Source of the DNA: a bacterium
GTDB taxonomy: Bacteria > JAAXHH01
NCBI GenBank assembly: GCA_965203885.1
Contig: OZ241920.1
Location: forward strand, 3,611,372 to 3,675,371
Direction: 5' to 3'
DNA: 64,000 bases
Shown here: positions 12,369-21,541 of the stretch, piece after piece
Layout: the number at the start of each line of letters is the position of its first letter
How positions within the stretch are numbered: position 1 is the stretch's first letter
Notes under the pieces: model-generated
What the model was told of the DNA's origin: nothing
Databases searched by the model: none
What the model saw: the letters and a program-made list of their open reading frames with translations, nothing else
Made by a program: the position numbers and the translations under genes

Positions 12369-12820
12369 GATACGAACTCCGTGATGATCCGCAACAGGAG
12401 ATGGGCGTAGACCGCGGCCACGGCGTCGTCCATCATGACACCCAGTCCGCCTTTGAGGCGCTGCATCCGGTCGCAGGGGAAGGGTTTCCAGATGTCCAGG
12501 ACGCGAAACAGGGCGAACCCGGCCAACACCGTGAAAAGGTCGAGCGGCATCCCGGCGAAGACGATCAGGACGCCGGCGATCTCGTCGATCACGATCCGGG
12601 GCCCGTCGTGGCCGAACAGGGGTTCCGCCCGGCTCGAAACCCAGACGCCGAGGACGAAGAAGGCCGCGGTGGCCAGCAGATAGTACGGGAGGGTCAGCCC
12701 GAGCGGCCCGGTCAGCGCCCAGGCCAGTCCGAGTCCCGCCACGCTGCCCGCCGTGCCGGGCGCCAGGGGCGTGTAGCCGGTGTAGCAACCGGTCGACAGC
12801 AGGGTGATCAGGGCGCGCAT
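12365..12820 (-). CDS. pgpA: Phosphatidylglycerophosphatase A
   Basis: APGTAGS, IVIDE, FRVLDIWKPFP, GGLGVMMDD. Confidence 0.93.
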   Translation of the reverse strand: MRALITLLSTGCYTGYTPLAPGTAGSVAGLGLAWALTGPLGLTLPYYLLATAAFFVLGVWVSSRAEPLFGHDGPRIVIDEIAGVLIVFAGMPLDLFTVLAGFALFRVLDIWKPFPCDRMQRLKGGLGVMMDDAVAAVYAHLLLRIITEFVS

Positions 12821-12822
12821 GC

Positions 12823-13407
12823 CTACCTCAGCAGACTGGTGAATATCGACCGGTTCTTGACGACGTAATCGAGGCCGGAGCTGACCGTCAGCGTCATGGA
12901 AACGAAGACCATGCCGTTGAGGACCCACCAGGCGATATCGTCGAATTCCCCGTTCCATTGGCCGAAGGCGATCATGGTCGTCTGGATGTTGATGTAGAGC
13001 AGGATGATCACGATGACCACCATCTGCGACGCGGTCTTCCACTTGGCGACCTGGGTCGGCAGGATGAGCAGCCCCCGGTACGCCGCGATGCACCGCAGGC
13101 CGGTCACGATGAAGTCCCTTCCGATGATGACAAGGACCATCCACGTATATATGTAGCCGAGGGAAGCGAAACAGATCAGGGCGGTGGAGGTGAGGATCTT
13201 GTCCGCCAGGGGGTCCATGAACTTGCCGAAACTGGTGATCACGCCGGTCTTGCGCGCCAGGTAGCCGTCGTACAGGTCCGTCAGCGCAGCGATCATGAAG
13301 ATCACCAGGGCGATATACCGTGTGTACAACGTATCTACCAGGAAGAAGACCATGAAGATGGGGCTCAGGATGATCCGGAATATGGTCAGTTTGTTTGGCA
13401 GATTCAT
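12823..13407 (-). CDS. pgsA: CDP-diacylglycerol--glycerol-3-phosphate phosphatidyltransferase
   Basis: NLPNKLT, TDLYDGYLAR...FGKFMDPLADK. Confidence 0.95.
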   Translation of the reverse strand: MNLPNKLTIFRIILSPIFMVFFLVDTLYTRYIALVIFMIAALTDLYDGYLARKTGVITSFGKFMDPLADKILTSTALICFASLGYIYTWMVLVIIGRDFIVTGLRCIAAYRGLLILPTQVAKWKTASQMVVIVIILLYINIQTTMIAFGQWNGEFDDIAWWVLNGMVFVSMTLTVSSGLDYVVKNRSIFTSLLR

Positions 13408-13498
13408 GGCGGCAAGGGGTTCGTCGGTTCGTCTCGGCGATCGTCGGATATTTTAAGTGATCGTCGGGTCGTTTAAGCGATCGCGATACGGTTCCGTG

Positions 13499-14101
13499 TT
13501 ACAACTCCGTACGTCCTTCCAGGGCGCGGGCCAGGGTCACTTCGTCGGCGTATTCCAGGTCGCCGCCCATGGGAAGGCCCCTGGCGAGGCGGGTAACGCG
13601 TACGCCCAGGGGCTTGATCAGCCGGCTCAGGTAAAGCGCGGTGGCTTCTCCCTCGATATTGGGATTGGTCGCGATGATAACCTCTTCCACCGTTTCGCTC
13701 ATCCGTTGCATGAGTTCATGGGCGCGTATGTCATCCGGCGTGATGTTGTCGAGGGGCGAAAGCGCGCCGTGGAGCACGTGGTACAGGCCGCGGTACTCCC
13801 CCGTGCTCTCGAGCGTGATCACGTCCCGGGGTTCTTCCACGACGCAGATGGTTTCCGGCTTTCGACGGGCGTCGTGACAGATCTCGCAGGTCTCGGATTC
13901 GGTGATGTTCCAGCACACGCTGCAGTAACGGACCCTTTCCTTCACCGCGCGAATGGCGTCGGACAGCGAGAACGCCCGTTCGGCCGGCCCTTTCAGAATA
14001 TGGAAGGCCAGCCGCTGGGCCGTCACCCTGCCGATGTTGGGCAGGCGGCTCAGTTCGTCCACCAGGACGGCCAGGGTCTCGGAACTGTACTTGCGCGCCA
14101 T
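13499..14101 (-). CDS. recR: Recombination mediator RecR
   Basis: LPNIG..TAQRLA HhH, C4 zinc finger, Toprim, EYADEVTL. Confidence 0.97.
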   Translation of the reverse strand: MARKYSSETLAVLVDELSRLPNIGRVTAQRLAFHILKGPAERAFSLSDAIRAVKERVRYCSVCWNITESETCEICHDARRKPETICVVEEPRDVITLESTGEYRGLYHVLHGALSPLDNITPDDIRAHELMQRMSETVEEVIIATNPNIEGEATALYLSRLIKPLGVRVTRLARGLPMGGDLEYADEVTLARALEGRTEL

Positions 14102-14161
14102 GCATTCAATCCCTGGTGACTTGGGAGGGGACCGGCACTATGCCGCGTAACGGGGGTTGCT

Positions 14162-14479
14162 TTACTGGCCCAGGCCGGGCAAGTTGAGTCCGCCGGCGAG
14201 CTGGCCCATCTCCTGGTTCATCATTTCCTGCGCCTTCTGCTGGCCCTGGTTGACGGCGGCGAGCACGAGATCTTCGAGCATCTCCACGTCATCGGCGTCC
14301 ACCACGGCCGGATCGATCCGGATCTCCACGACGTTCATCCTGCCGTCGACCACCGCGGTGACCATGCCGCCGCCGGCCGTGCCTTCGACCCGGCGTTCGG
14401 CGATTTCTTCCTGAAGCTGCATCATCTTCTTCTGCATGCGCTGGACGCGCTTCATCATGCCCGACATGCCCTTGGCCAT
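14162..14479 (-). CDS. ybaB: YbaB/EbfC nucleoid-associated protein
   Basis: AGGGMV, DVEMLEDLVLAAVN; dnaX-ybaB-recR synteny. Confidence 0.95.
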   Translation of the reverse strand: MAKGMSGMMKRVQRMQKKMMQLQEEIAERRVEGTAGGGMVTAVVDGRMNVVEIRIDPAVVDADDVEMLEDLVLAAVNQGQQKAQEMMNQEMGQLAGGLNLPGLGQ

Positions 14480-14522
14480 AGTCTCATCCTTTCCTTTCCG
14501 GTTCCGTTTGCCCTGACCGGTT

Positions 14523-16814
14523 TCAGTCCGCTACGATCCGGCCGTCGAAAGCCTTGACGATCTTCATGACGGCCGGGTCTTTCAATGCGCCTCCGCGGGC
14601 GTCCGCCGCCTGTCCGGCCGTATCGCCGGCCGTCCGGGTCTCCTCTTCGTCCCCGACCGTCCGGGCTTCCCGCTCGTCCCCGACGGGTTCTTCAGCGGCT
14701 TGGGAATAAGGGTCCATGCCGGGTCCGGCACCGGTCGTCCCGCCGCTATCCGTTCCGGCGCTAACACCGGCCATTCCAGCTCTATTCGGTCCGGCGCCGG
14801 CCGTACCGCTGGTGTCCTTCCCGGAACTATCCGTCCCGCCGCTATCGTACCCTGTTCCTGGCGCAGCGTCTTCCGCCCCCGAGATCGCGTCATCCACCGG
14901 GGCGCGATCCACCGGGGCGTCATCCACCGGGACGTCATCCACCGGGGCGCGATCCACCACGGCGTCATCCACCGCTGCGCGATCGCCGATCTCGCATGCG
15001 ATCCGAACCGGGATCCCCAAAACTTTGGCGCATGCCGCCTGGATCAGCGCCGCGTTATCCCGTTTTTCGGCCCGTTCCTTTAAAAAGACCTGCCTGGGTC
15101 CGAACCCGAGCGTAATCGTGGCGGGACTTCCCGACCCGCCGTCTTCTGCCGACGAACACCCCGTGATTTCGGCTTCCTCCAACTGCCTGCCCAGGACGTT
15201 TCGTTGCCTGGTGATCTCTTTCACGATAGCCGGCCAGCGGTTCCGGGCCGTCCGGAGATCCATCTTCGGCGCGGTCGTGGCGGCCATTGTCGAGGATTCC
15301 GAGGCTGCCGAGGGGCTCCGGTCCTCCTCCGCAGCCGGTGCGTGCGCGGCACCGGGCGATGGTGCGTGCGCGGCACCGGGCGATGGTGCGTGCGCTGTAC
15401 TGGGCGATGGAGCGGGCGCCTGGGAGGACGGTGTCTCGGCCGCTGTGCCGGACGGTGGAGTGGTAGCCCGGGACGACGGGGTTTCGGAAGCCTTGCCGGC
15501 CGAAGGCGAGGATCCGGCAGCGTCCTTCGGAGCAGGCTGTTCAGGAGCAGGCTGTTCATCGGATCGCGCCGATTCCCGTGCGTCCCGCGCTTCCCGCGCG
15601 CCGGTAGGCGGGTCCGCTTCTGCGTTATCGGCCGTTTCAGACGTACCGTCGTCTCCCTCTGCCGCTTCCACGCGCCGGGCCATTTCGGACAGCCGGGTCA
15701 TCACGTCCGTCAGCTGTACGGACCGGGCCATGCGTATCATGCGGACGATGCCCGTCTCGAGCTGCACCCTGGGCAGCGCGCTGGACTTGATCGACTGCTC
15801 CATCCCGGTGGCCAGTTGCGATAGCCTGAGCAGGTCCTCCGTCTCGAACCGTCCGACCTGTTCCCGGTAGCGTTCGAGCTCCAGCGCGGCGTCGCCGATC
15901 AGCGCTTCCACCTCGGGCGCCGCCTTGACGACGAGCAGGTTGCGGAGGTGTTCCAGGACGCCCAGGGTGATCTCTTCGAGGTCGTGGCCCTGGCGGAAGA
16001 TCCGGTCGACCAGGTCCAGTCCCCTGGGGACGTCCTGGTCCGCCACGGCGTCCAGCAGATCGAAATAGACGTCCTGGTCCACCATGCCCAGGACCTCCGC
16101 CGCCTCGCGGGCGCTCAGCCCGGTGCCGCCGAATGCGACGACCTGGTCCAGCAGGCTCTCGGCGTCGCGCATGCTGCCGTCCACCCGCCGCGCGATGAGG
16201 GCCAGGGCCTCCCGTTGCACGTCGTACCCGCTCTTCTCGCTGATCATGGCCAGGTGATCCACGATGGTGGGTCCCGAGATCCGCCGGAAGTCGAACCGCT
16301 GGCACCGGGAGAGCACGGTGGGGATCACCTTCCGGGGATCGGTCGTGGCGAAGATGAAGTACACGTGGGGCGGCGGCTCTTCCAGCGTCTTCAGCAGCGC
16401 GTTGAAGGCCTCCCTGGTGAGCATGTGCACTTCGTCGATGATGTAGATCTTGTGCTTGCCCTGGCTGGCCGTGTACTTGACGCTCTCGAGCAAGTGCGAC
16501 CGGACCTGTTCGACCCGGTTGTTGGAAGCGCCGTCGATCTCCAGCACGTCGACGCTCCGGCCTTCCGAGATTTCCCGGCAGAACGTGCAGGTATTGCAGG
16601 GGGTTACGGTGGGACCGCTTTCGCAGTTCAGGGCCTTGGCCAGGATGCGGGCCGTGGTCGTCTTGCCCACGCCGCGGGGTCCGGCGAACAGGTAGGCATG
16701 GGCGATCTGGCCGGCCTGTATGGCGTTTTTAAGCGTGGTGGTGACGTGTTCCTGGCCGATTACGCCGTCGAATTCCTGGGGACGCCATTTTCGGGCCGTG
16801 ACTTCGTAGGCCAA
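14523..16814 (-). CDS. dnaX: DNA polymerase III subunit gamma/tau, with repeat-expanded linkers
   Basis: ARKWRPQ, GPRGVGKTT, IIDEVHML, LLKTLEEPP; TTG start with GGAGGT RBS. Confidence 0.96.
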   Translation of the reverse strand: MAYEVTARKWRPQEFDGVIGQEHVTTTLKNAIQAGQIAHAYLFAGPRGVGKTTTARILAKALNCESGPTVTPCNTCTFCREISEGRSVDVLEIDGASNNRVEQVRSHLLESVKYTASQGKHKIYIIDEVHMLTREAFNALLKTLEEPPPHVYFIFATTDPRKVIPTVLSRCQRFDFRRISGPTIVDHLAMISEKSGYDVQREALALIARRVDGSMRDAESLLDQVVAFGGTGLSAREAAEVLGMVDQDVYFDLLDAVADQDVPRGLDLVDRIFRQGHDLEEITLGVLEHLRNLLVVKAAPEVEALIGDAALELERYREQVGRFETEDLLRLSQLATGMEQSIKSSALPRVQLETGIVRMIRMARSVQLTDVMTRLSEMARRVEAAEGDDGTSETADNAEADPPTGAREARDARESARSDEQPAPEQPAPKDAAGSSPSAGKASETPSSRATTPPSGTAAETPSSQAPAPSPSTAHAPSPGAAHAPSPGAAHAPAAEEDRSPSAASESSTMAATTAPKMDLRTARNRWPAIVKEITRQRNVLGRQLEEAEITGCSSAEDGGSGSPATITLGFGPRQVFLKERAEKRDNAALIQAACAKVLGIPVRIACEIGDRAAVDDAVVDRAPVDDVPVDDAPVDRAPVDDAISGAEDAAPGTGYDSGGTDSSGKDTSGTAGAGPNRAGMAGVSAGTDSGGTTGAGPGMDPYSQAAEEPVGDEREARTVGDEEETRTAGDTAGQAADARGGALKDPAVMKIVKAFDGRIVAD

Positions 16815-16881
16815 TGCCCAAACCTCCATGCCTGGGTTAATCGGGACGCGAGGCAGGCGGAATGAAGAGGAAATGGTTAAG

Positions 16882-17155
16882 CGGTCGTGCACCCACCCTC
16901 GAATCTACTCGTATCGGGGCATCCGTGCCGCCGGCTCCGGCCAGGCGCTCCCGCGGCACACGTTTCAGGCGCTTACCGCTGCTACCTTCCGGTCCTGACG
17001 GGGTTGGGCGTTGTCACGTTGCGCGGGACCTGACTTTCAATACCGGATGCAGCGCATACCGGCGACGCAAGTGCGATCCTCGGGATGGGAATTCGACCCC
17101 GCTGTAGCGGGTTGCGGGTTACAGGGCACCGCTAACTCCCCATCTAGCACGACCG
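16882..17155 (-). ncRNA. ffs: Large (Alu-domain) bacterial SRP RNA
   Basis: Minus strand has the helix-8 core GTCAGGACCGGAAGGTAGCAGC and a 5' Alu-like part GGTCGTGCTAGATGGGGAGTTAGCGGTGCCCTGTAACCCGCAACCCGCT; ends pair (GGTCGTGC/GCACGACC); upstream of dnaX. Confidence 0.92.
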
Positions 17156-17162
17156 TAATCGA

Positions 17163-17202
17163 ACCTGTCTGTACCTGTCTGTACCTGTTCGTACCTGTCT
17201 GT
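17163..17202. repeat. 10-bp tandem repeat x4
   Basis: acctgtctgt units. Confidence 0.85.
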
Positions 17203-17247
17203 ATTGCGGACGACGGCACGCTGGTTGTCGCGTCCCGTCATCCCGAG

Positions 17248-17320
17248 TGGAGCAGAGCGGAATCGAACCGCCGACCTCCAGATTGCGATTCTGGCGCTCT
17301 CCCAACTGAGCTACTGCCCC
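17248..17320 (-). tRNA. tRNA-Ala(CGC)
   Basis: GGGGCAGTAGCTCAG...CCAGA-ATCGCAA-TCTGG...GTTCGATTCC; G3:U70; CCA not encoded. Confidence 0.95.
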
Positions 17321-17421
17321 AAACAAACGGTGGAACGAGGGCCTGGCGGGGGCAAAGGTCCAGGTGGCCCCATGCGGGCCGCCACCCCTTCGTTCCGGAT
17401 CCGGGTTTCCCCGGTTTTCAA

Positions 17422-17507
17422 CGGAGAGGGTGGGATTCGAACCCACGGTCCACATGGTGAACACACGCTCTCCAGGCGTGCCGATTCAACCGCTCTCGCA
17501 CCTCTCC
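17422..17507 (-). tRNA. tRNA-Ser(GGA)
   Basis: GGAGAGGTG...CACGC-CTGGAGA-GCGTG, long variable arm, GTTCGAATCC. Confidence 0.95.
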
Positions 17508-17911
17508 CAGGTGTACATTTCGCTGTAATGCCGACCGGATTACCCACCCGACCGGATTACAAATCCTCCAGATGTTCCCAATATGCTTATCGGCACTCCT
17601 GTCATTACTCAAACTCTACTCAAACTCCGAATCCCTGAGCGGAAGCCGGCCTAAAAGTTCATCTGCTACGCGTATTTCCACCCAAAGCAAATCGCTTTGT
17701 CTAAACGTGGAGTCAGATGGGCAAATTTAACGAAAATGACCGGTAGAAACAACAGTAAATTCACCTTCACGGCTACATTGGCCGGAATCGATTGAATACG
17801 CATCGCTTCGTGGAGGATCGATAACAGAGCAGAAAACAACTGCATCCGGTTGGAGGTATTACAAATGGCAGATTCAGGAATCAAACAAGTGTTCAGGAAA
17901 GCCGATCCCGG

Positions 17912-18700
17912 ATGAAAAACATCGACTCGTACCTGGTCTGCGCCACCCCGCGCACGGGCAGCACCTTGTTGTGTGGATTGCTGGCATCCACGAAAGTCGC
18001 GGGTCGACCCGAGTCATACTTCCGCCAACCCGACGAGCAACTCTGGGCTGCCCGATGGGACATTGACCGCTCGTCCGACGGGGACTTCGATTATTCCGGA
18101 TACGTTCGAGCCGCCCTTGCCGCGGGCAGGACCGAAAACGGGGTGTTTGCCGCCAGGATTATGTGGGGGACTATGGACTTTCTGGTCGACAGGTTGGGTA
18201 CGGTTTTTCCTGCGCTCGCTGGTGGCGATCTAAACCTGCTGAACAAGGCGTTCGGCCATACGGGCTTCATCTATCTGCGTCGCGACGATGTGCTGGCGCA
18301 GGCTGTGTCGTGGCACCGGGCCGAGCAGACCAATGTTTGGCACCAGACCGGCCAGGAGGAGACGAGACAGCCGGAACAGGAACCACGATTCGACTTCGAT
18401 CAGATCCGCAAGTTGGTGCAGATGATCGAAGAGCACAATTCGGCCTGGCGGGTGTGGTTTGATACCCTTGGGATTCAGCCGCACACGGTGCGGTACGAAG
18501 ACCTAGACGCCGAGCCGGTCGGTGCGACTAGTGGGATCCTCGACTTCCTCGGGCTGAAACTGCCGCCCGGGCGACGGATCAGGACGCGCCACCGGCGTCT
18601 GGCGGACGAACTCAACGCCCAATGGATCGACCGCTACCGGGCAGAATTGACAGAACGCGCGAATACACAATCGGAATCAGGAAATGAAGAGTTCGTATAA
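17912..18700 (+). CDS. Stf0-family sulfotransferase
   Basis: CATPRTGSTLLC PAPS motif, GRPESYF, LRRDDVLAQAVSW, YEDL. Confidence 0.88.
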   Translation: MKNIDSYLVCATPRTGSTLLCGLLASTKVAGRPESYFRQPDEQLWAARWDIDRSSDGDFDYSGYVRAALAAGRTENGVFAARIMWGTMDFLVDRLGTVFPALAGGDLNLLNKAFGHTGFIYLRRDDVLAQAVSWHRAEQTNVWHQTGQEETRQPEQEPRFDFDQIRKLVQMIEEHNSAWRVWFDTLGIQPHTVRYEDLDAEPVGATSGILDFLGLKLPPGRRIRTRHRRLADELNAQWIDRYRAELTERANTQSESGNEEFV

Positions 18701-18711
18701 AGCAGAAACAG

Positions 18712-18779
<68 letters not shown>

Positions 18780-18801
<22 letters not shown>

Positions 18802-19394
18802 GGTAACCTCGGTTCGACCGCCGGTTCGCGGGGTTCGCTTGGTCCGCCGGGCCCGCCTGGTCCGCTGGGTCCGCCCAGACCGCTTGGTCCGCCCAGACCG
18901 CTTGGTCCGCCGGGCTCGCCGGGCCCGCCTGCTTTCCGTTTCTCCCTGAAGAAATCCTTCAGCAAGGTGGAACAGGTCTCCGCCAGAATCCCTTCCGTAA
19001 CTTCCACCTGGTGATTCAAACGGGTATCCCGCACGATATCGCGAAGGGAACCACATGCACCGGTCTTGGGGTCAGCCGCCCCGTACACCAGGCGGTCCAG
19101 GCGGGCCAGCACGATCGCGCCCGCGCACATGGCGCAGGGCTCCAGCGTAACGTAGAGCGCGGCGCCGGCCAGCCGTTCGTATCCCAGTGCGGCGCTGGCT
19201 TCCCGGATCGCGAGCATTTCGGCATGAGCCGTAGGGTCGCACATTCGTTCAACGCGATTCTGACCCCGTCCGATCACCACGCCTTCGTGGACGATCACGG
19301 CCCCGACAGGCACGTCGCCGGCGGCCCCGGCCGACCGGGCTTCTTCGAGCGCCAACCGAAGCCATCCTTCGTGTTCACCGTCGTCGCAACTCAT
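18780..19394 (-). CDS. tadA: tRNA adenosine(34) deaminase with Gly/Pro repeat tail
   Basis: VPVGAV, DPTAHAE, TLEPCAMC, DPKTGA, LNH, FF. Confidence 0.95.
18838..18929. repeat. 18-bp/9-bp tandem repeats encoding the GGPSGL tail of TadA
   Basis: cttggtccgcc(cagac/gggcc)cg units. Confidence 0.8.
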
Positions 19395-19415
19395 GCTTCC
19401 GCGTCCTGCTTTAAA

Positions 19416-19489
19416 TACGCCCGGAGGGAGTCGAACCCCCAACCTCCTGATCCGTAGTCAGGTGCTCTATCCAATTGAGCTACAGGCGC
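19416..19489 (-). tRNA. tRNA-Arg(ACG)
   Basis: GCGCCTGTAGCTCAATTGGATAGAGC, CCTGA-CTACGGA-TCAGG. Confidence 0.96.
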
Positions 19490-19517
19490 TGATAGGGTCA
19501 GCGAACCAGAGCAACGC

Positions 19518-19546
19518 AAACTACAGGCCGAGCGCGCTGAAGTCAA
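19518..19546 (-). promoter_or_regulatory. Sigma70-like promoter for tRNA-Arg/tadA/tRNA-Ser
   Basis: TTGACT-17 bp-TAGTTT. Confidence 0.6.
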
Positions 19547-19595
19547 GCGGATTTTGACGCCTGACGCCATGTCCGGCGCGTCGAAAACGGGGAGG

Positions 19596-20123
19596 TCAGG
19601 CGTTGCCGCGAGCCCGCCTTTCGAGATAGATTCTTCCCCGTTCGACGTACCCCTCGGCGGTCCGGTGTATGCGTTCTATTTGCTCGTCCGTGACGGCTCG
19701 AATCACGCGGCCTGGAACGCCCACGACGAGGGACCGCGGAGGCACTTCCATGTTCTCCAGCACCAGCGCGCCGGCGCCGATGATGCTGTGCTCGCCGATG
19801 CGCGCGCCGCTGAGGATCACGGCGCCCATGGATACCAGTACGTGATCGTCGACGACCGCGCCGTGGACGATGGCCCGGTGCCCCACGGTCACGCCCTTCC
19901 CGAGTACCGTGGGCATGCCGGCGTCGATGTGGAGCACGCTGCCGTCCTGCACGTTGGTCCCCTCGCCGATCGTCACCGGCTCGTCGTCCGCCCGGACCAC
20001 CACCTGGTACCAGACGCTAGCGTCCTTCCCGACATGGACCGCGCCGATCAGGTCGGCGCTGTCCGCGATGAACGCGGAGGGGTGTATGCGGGGCGTGTGG
20101 TGGACGTACGCGTTGGATGGCAT
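19596..20123 (-). CDS. Gamma-carbonic anhydrase family protein
   Basis: IGAVHVG, VVRAD, NVQDGSVLH, TVGHRAIVHG hexapeptide repeats. Confidence 0.9.
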   Translation of the reverse strand: MPSNAYVHHTPRIHPSAFIADSADLIGAVHVGKDASVWYQVVVRADDEPVTIGEGTNVQDGSVLHIDAGMPTVLGKGVTVGHRAIVHGAVVDDHVLVSMGAVILSGARIGEHSIIGAGALVLENMEVPPRSLVVGVPGRVIRAVTDEQIERIHRTAEGYVERGRIYLERRARGNA

Positions 20124-20148
20124 GGGAAGTTTGTTTTCTGGCCGCGCG

Positions 20149-21441
20149 CTAACCCGCGGCGTCCTGCCCGGGCAGTACCCGGGGTATCACGTAGGGGCCT
20201 CGCGGTACGACGGCGATAGTGGCGCCGGGGCCGTGGCGGTCCAGGGCGCGCGCGATGCCGGCCTCGACTGATGGGACCGGTTCGACCAGGCAGTCCCGCG
20301 CGTCGTCGTCGCTCAGGCCGTCCGTATAGAGGTAAACCCGGCCCTTCTTCAGCGCCTTGACCAGTTCCTCGATCTCCCACTGGTCGATGGTGAATACGCC
20401 TGGCTGCTGAATCCAGTCGATAAAGGCATCGATATCCTTCGTCTTGCGCAGCAATGCTTCGAACTCCGCACTGCCGATCCCGTCGGCGCACCCGGCGGCG
20501 ATGACGATGGATCCGCCTTCCTTAAGGATGTCCAGCACGCCGACCATGCCCTTGACGGCCTGGTAGAAGGTCGTGTCCAAAGGATAGCCGGCCGACGAGG
20601 TCACGACGACGTCCACCGGTTCCTCGACGGTGGCCACGACCATGCCGTCCACGTGCGCGACCCCGTGCCGGTGCGCCTGGTCGAGCTCGCCGGCGAACAC
20701 CCCGGTGACGCGCCGCTCCTCGTCCATGGAGACGTTGAGGATGAAATCGACCCCGGCCCGCCGGGCGATCTCGAGGGCCGCCTCGTGAAGGGGGTTGCCG
20801 TCGAGCACGCCCGTCGTGGCGCGGGGGTGTTCGAGGATCTTCGGACCGTGCAGGTGCTCGATCGTCTCCACGCCGACGAGTCCGGGCGCGACCAGCTTGC
20901 GTCCGCCCGAATACCCGGCCATGAAATGCGCCTCGATCAGACCGGTCAGCACCTTGAGATCGCTCTCCACGTACCTGCGGTCCACGCGGATCGGGATTCC
21001 GGTGGCCGTGGCGCCCAGGTCGGCCTGCTCCTCCCCGTTGCGCGCGACGTGGTTGACGACGGGATAGCGGTCCACCACGGCGTCCGTAAGGGTCTCCCGA
21101 AGCTGGTCCGCGTCCATGGGGGCGTGCAGTCCCGTGGCGACCAGGAGGGTGATCTCACCGGGCGGCAGTCCGCTCCGCTCTAGGCATTCCAGGAGGGGCG
21201 GCAGGATGACGTCGTGGGGGACGGGGCGCGTAATGTCGGAGACGACCACGCAGGCGTTCCGGCGTCCCCGGGCGATTTCGTCCAGGGGCGGACCCGCCAC
21301 GGGCCGGCGCAGCGCCTCCCGTGTGGCGGCTACGGGATCATCCAGCGGGGGCGTTTCCCGCATGTTCAGGACCGCCGCGAGGTTTTTATCCGGCACGCTG
21401 ACTTCGAGCCCGGTACGATGATAGTCGAGGGTGAGTTTCAC
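20149..21441 (-). CDS. LarA-family nickel-pincer-dependent alpha-hydroxy acid racemase/epimerase
   Basis: SDITRP, ATGLH, HFMAGYSGGRK, YQAVKG motifs. Confidence 0.88.
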   Translation of the reverse strand: MKLTLDYHRTGLEVSVPDKNLAAVLNMRETPPLDDPVAATREALRRPVAGPPLDEIARGRRNACVVVSDITRPVPHDVILPPLLECLERSGLPPGEITLLVATGLHAPMDADQLRETLTDAVVDRYPVVNHVARNGEEQADLGATATGIPIRVDRRYVESDLKVLTGLIEAHFMAGYSGGRKLVAPGLVGVETIEHLHGPKILEHPRATTGVLDGNPLHEAALEIARRAGVDFILNVSMDEERRVTGVFAGELDQAHRHGVAHVDGMVVATVEEPVDVVVTSSAGYPLDTTFYQAVKGMVGVLDILKEGGSIVIAAGCADGIGSAEFEALLRKTKDIDAFIDWIQQPGVFTIDQWEIEELVKALKKGRVYLYTDGLSDDDARDCLVEPVPSVEAGIARALDRHGPGATIAVVPRGPYVIPRVLPGQDAAG

Positions 21442-21541
21442 GGCGGCTCCCCTTTGCGGTTCACGGCGACTCCCCTTTGCGGTTCACGGCGACCCCTTTG
21501 CGGTTCACGGCGACTCCCATTCGCGGTTCACGGTGGCTCCC
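21437..21541. repeat. ~22-bp tandem repeat x4-5 of the kinase-stop/larA-start junction
   Basis: ttcacggcgactcccctttgcgg units; contain both the GTG start (21441) and the TGA stop (21505). Confidence 0.85.

Noticed and set aside
15070-15095. Possible dnaX programmed frameshift (TTTTTAAAG)
   Set aside because: Not the A AAA AAG slippery site, lies within the C-terminal domain, and no supporting stimulatory hairpin was identified.
17715-17760. GGGCAAA...GAAA resembling a c-di-GMP-I riboswitch (also near 55374)
   Set aside because: The paired stems and the second conserved motif are not present.
17666-17884. 72-aa minus-strand ORF in the low-GC spacer
   Set aside because: No recognisable motif or clear RBS; it overlaps the likely promoter region of the sulfotransferase.
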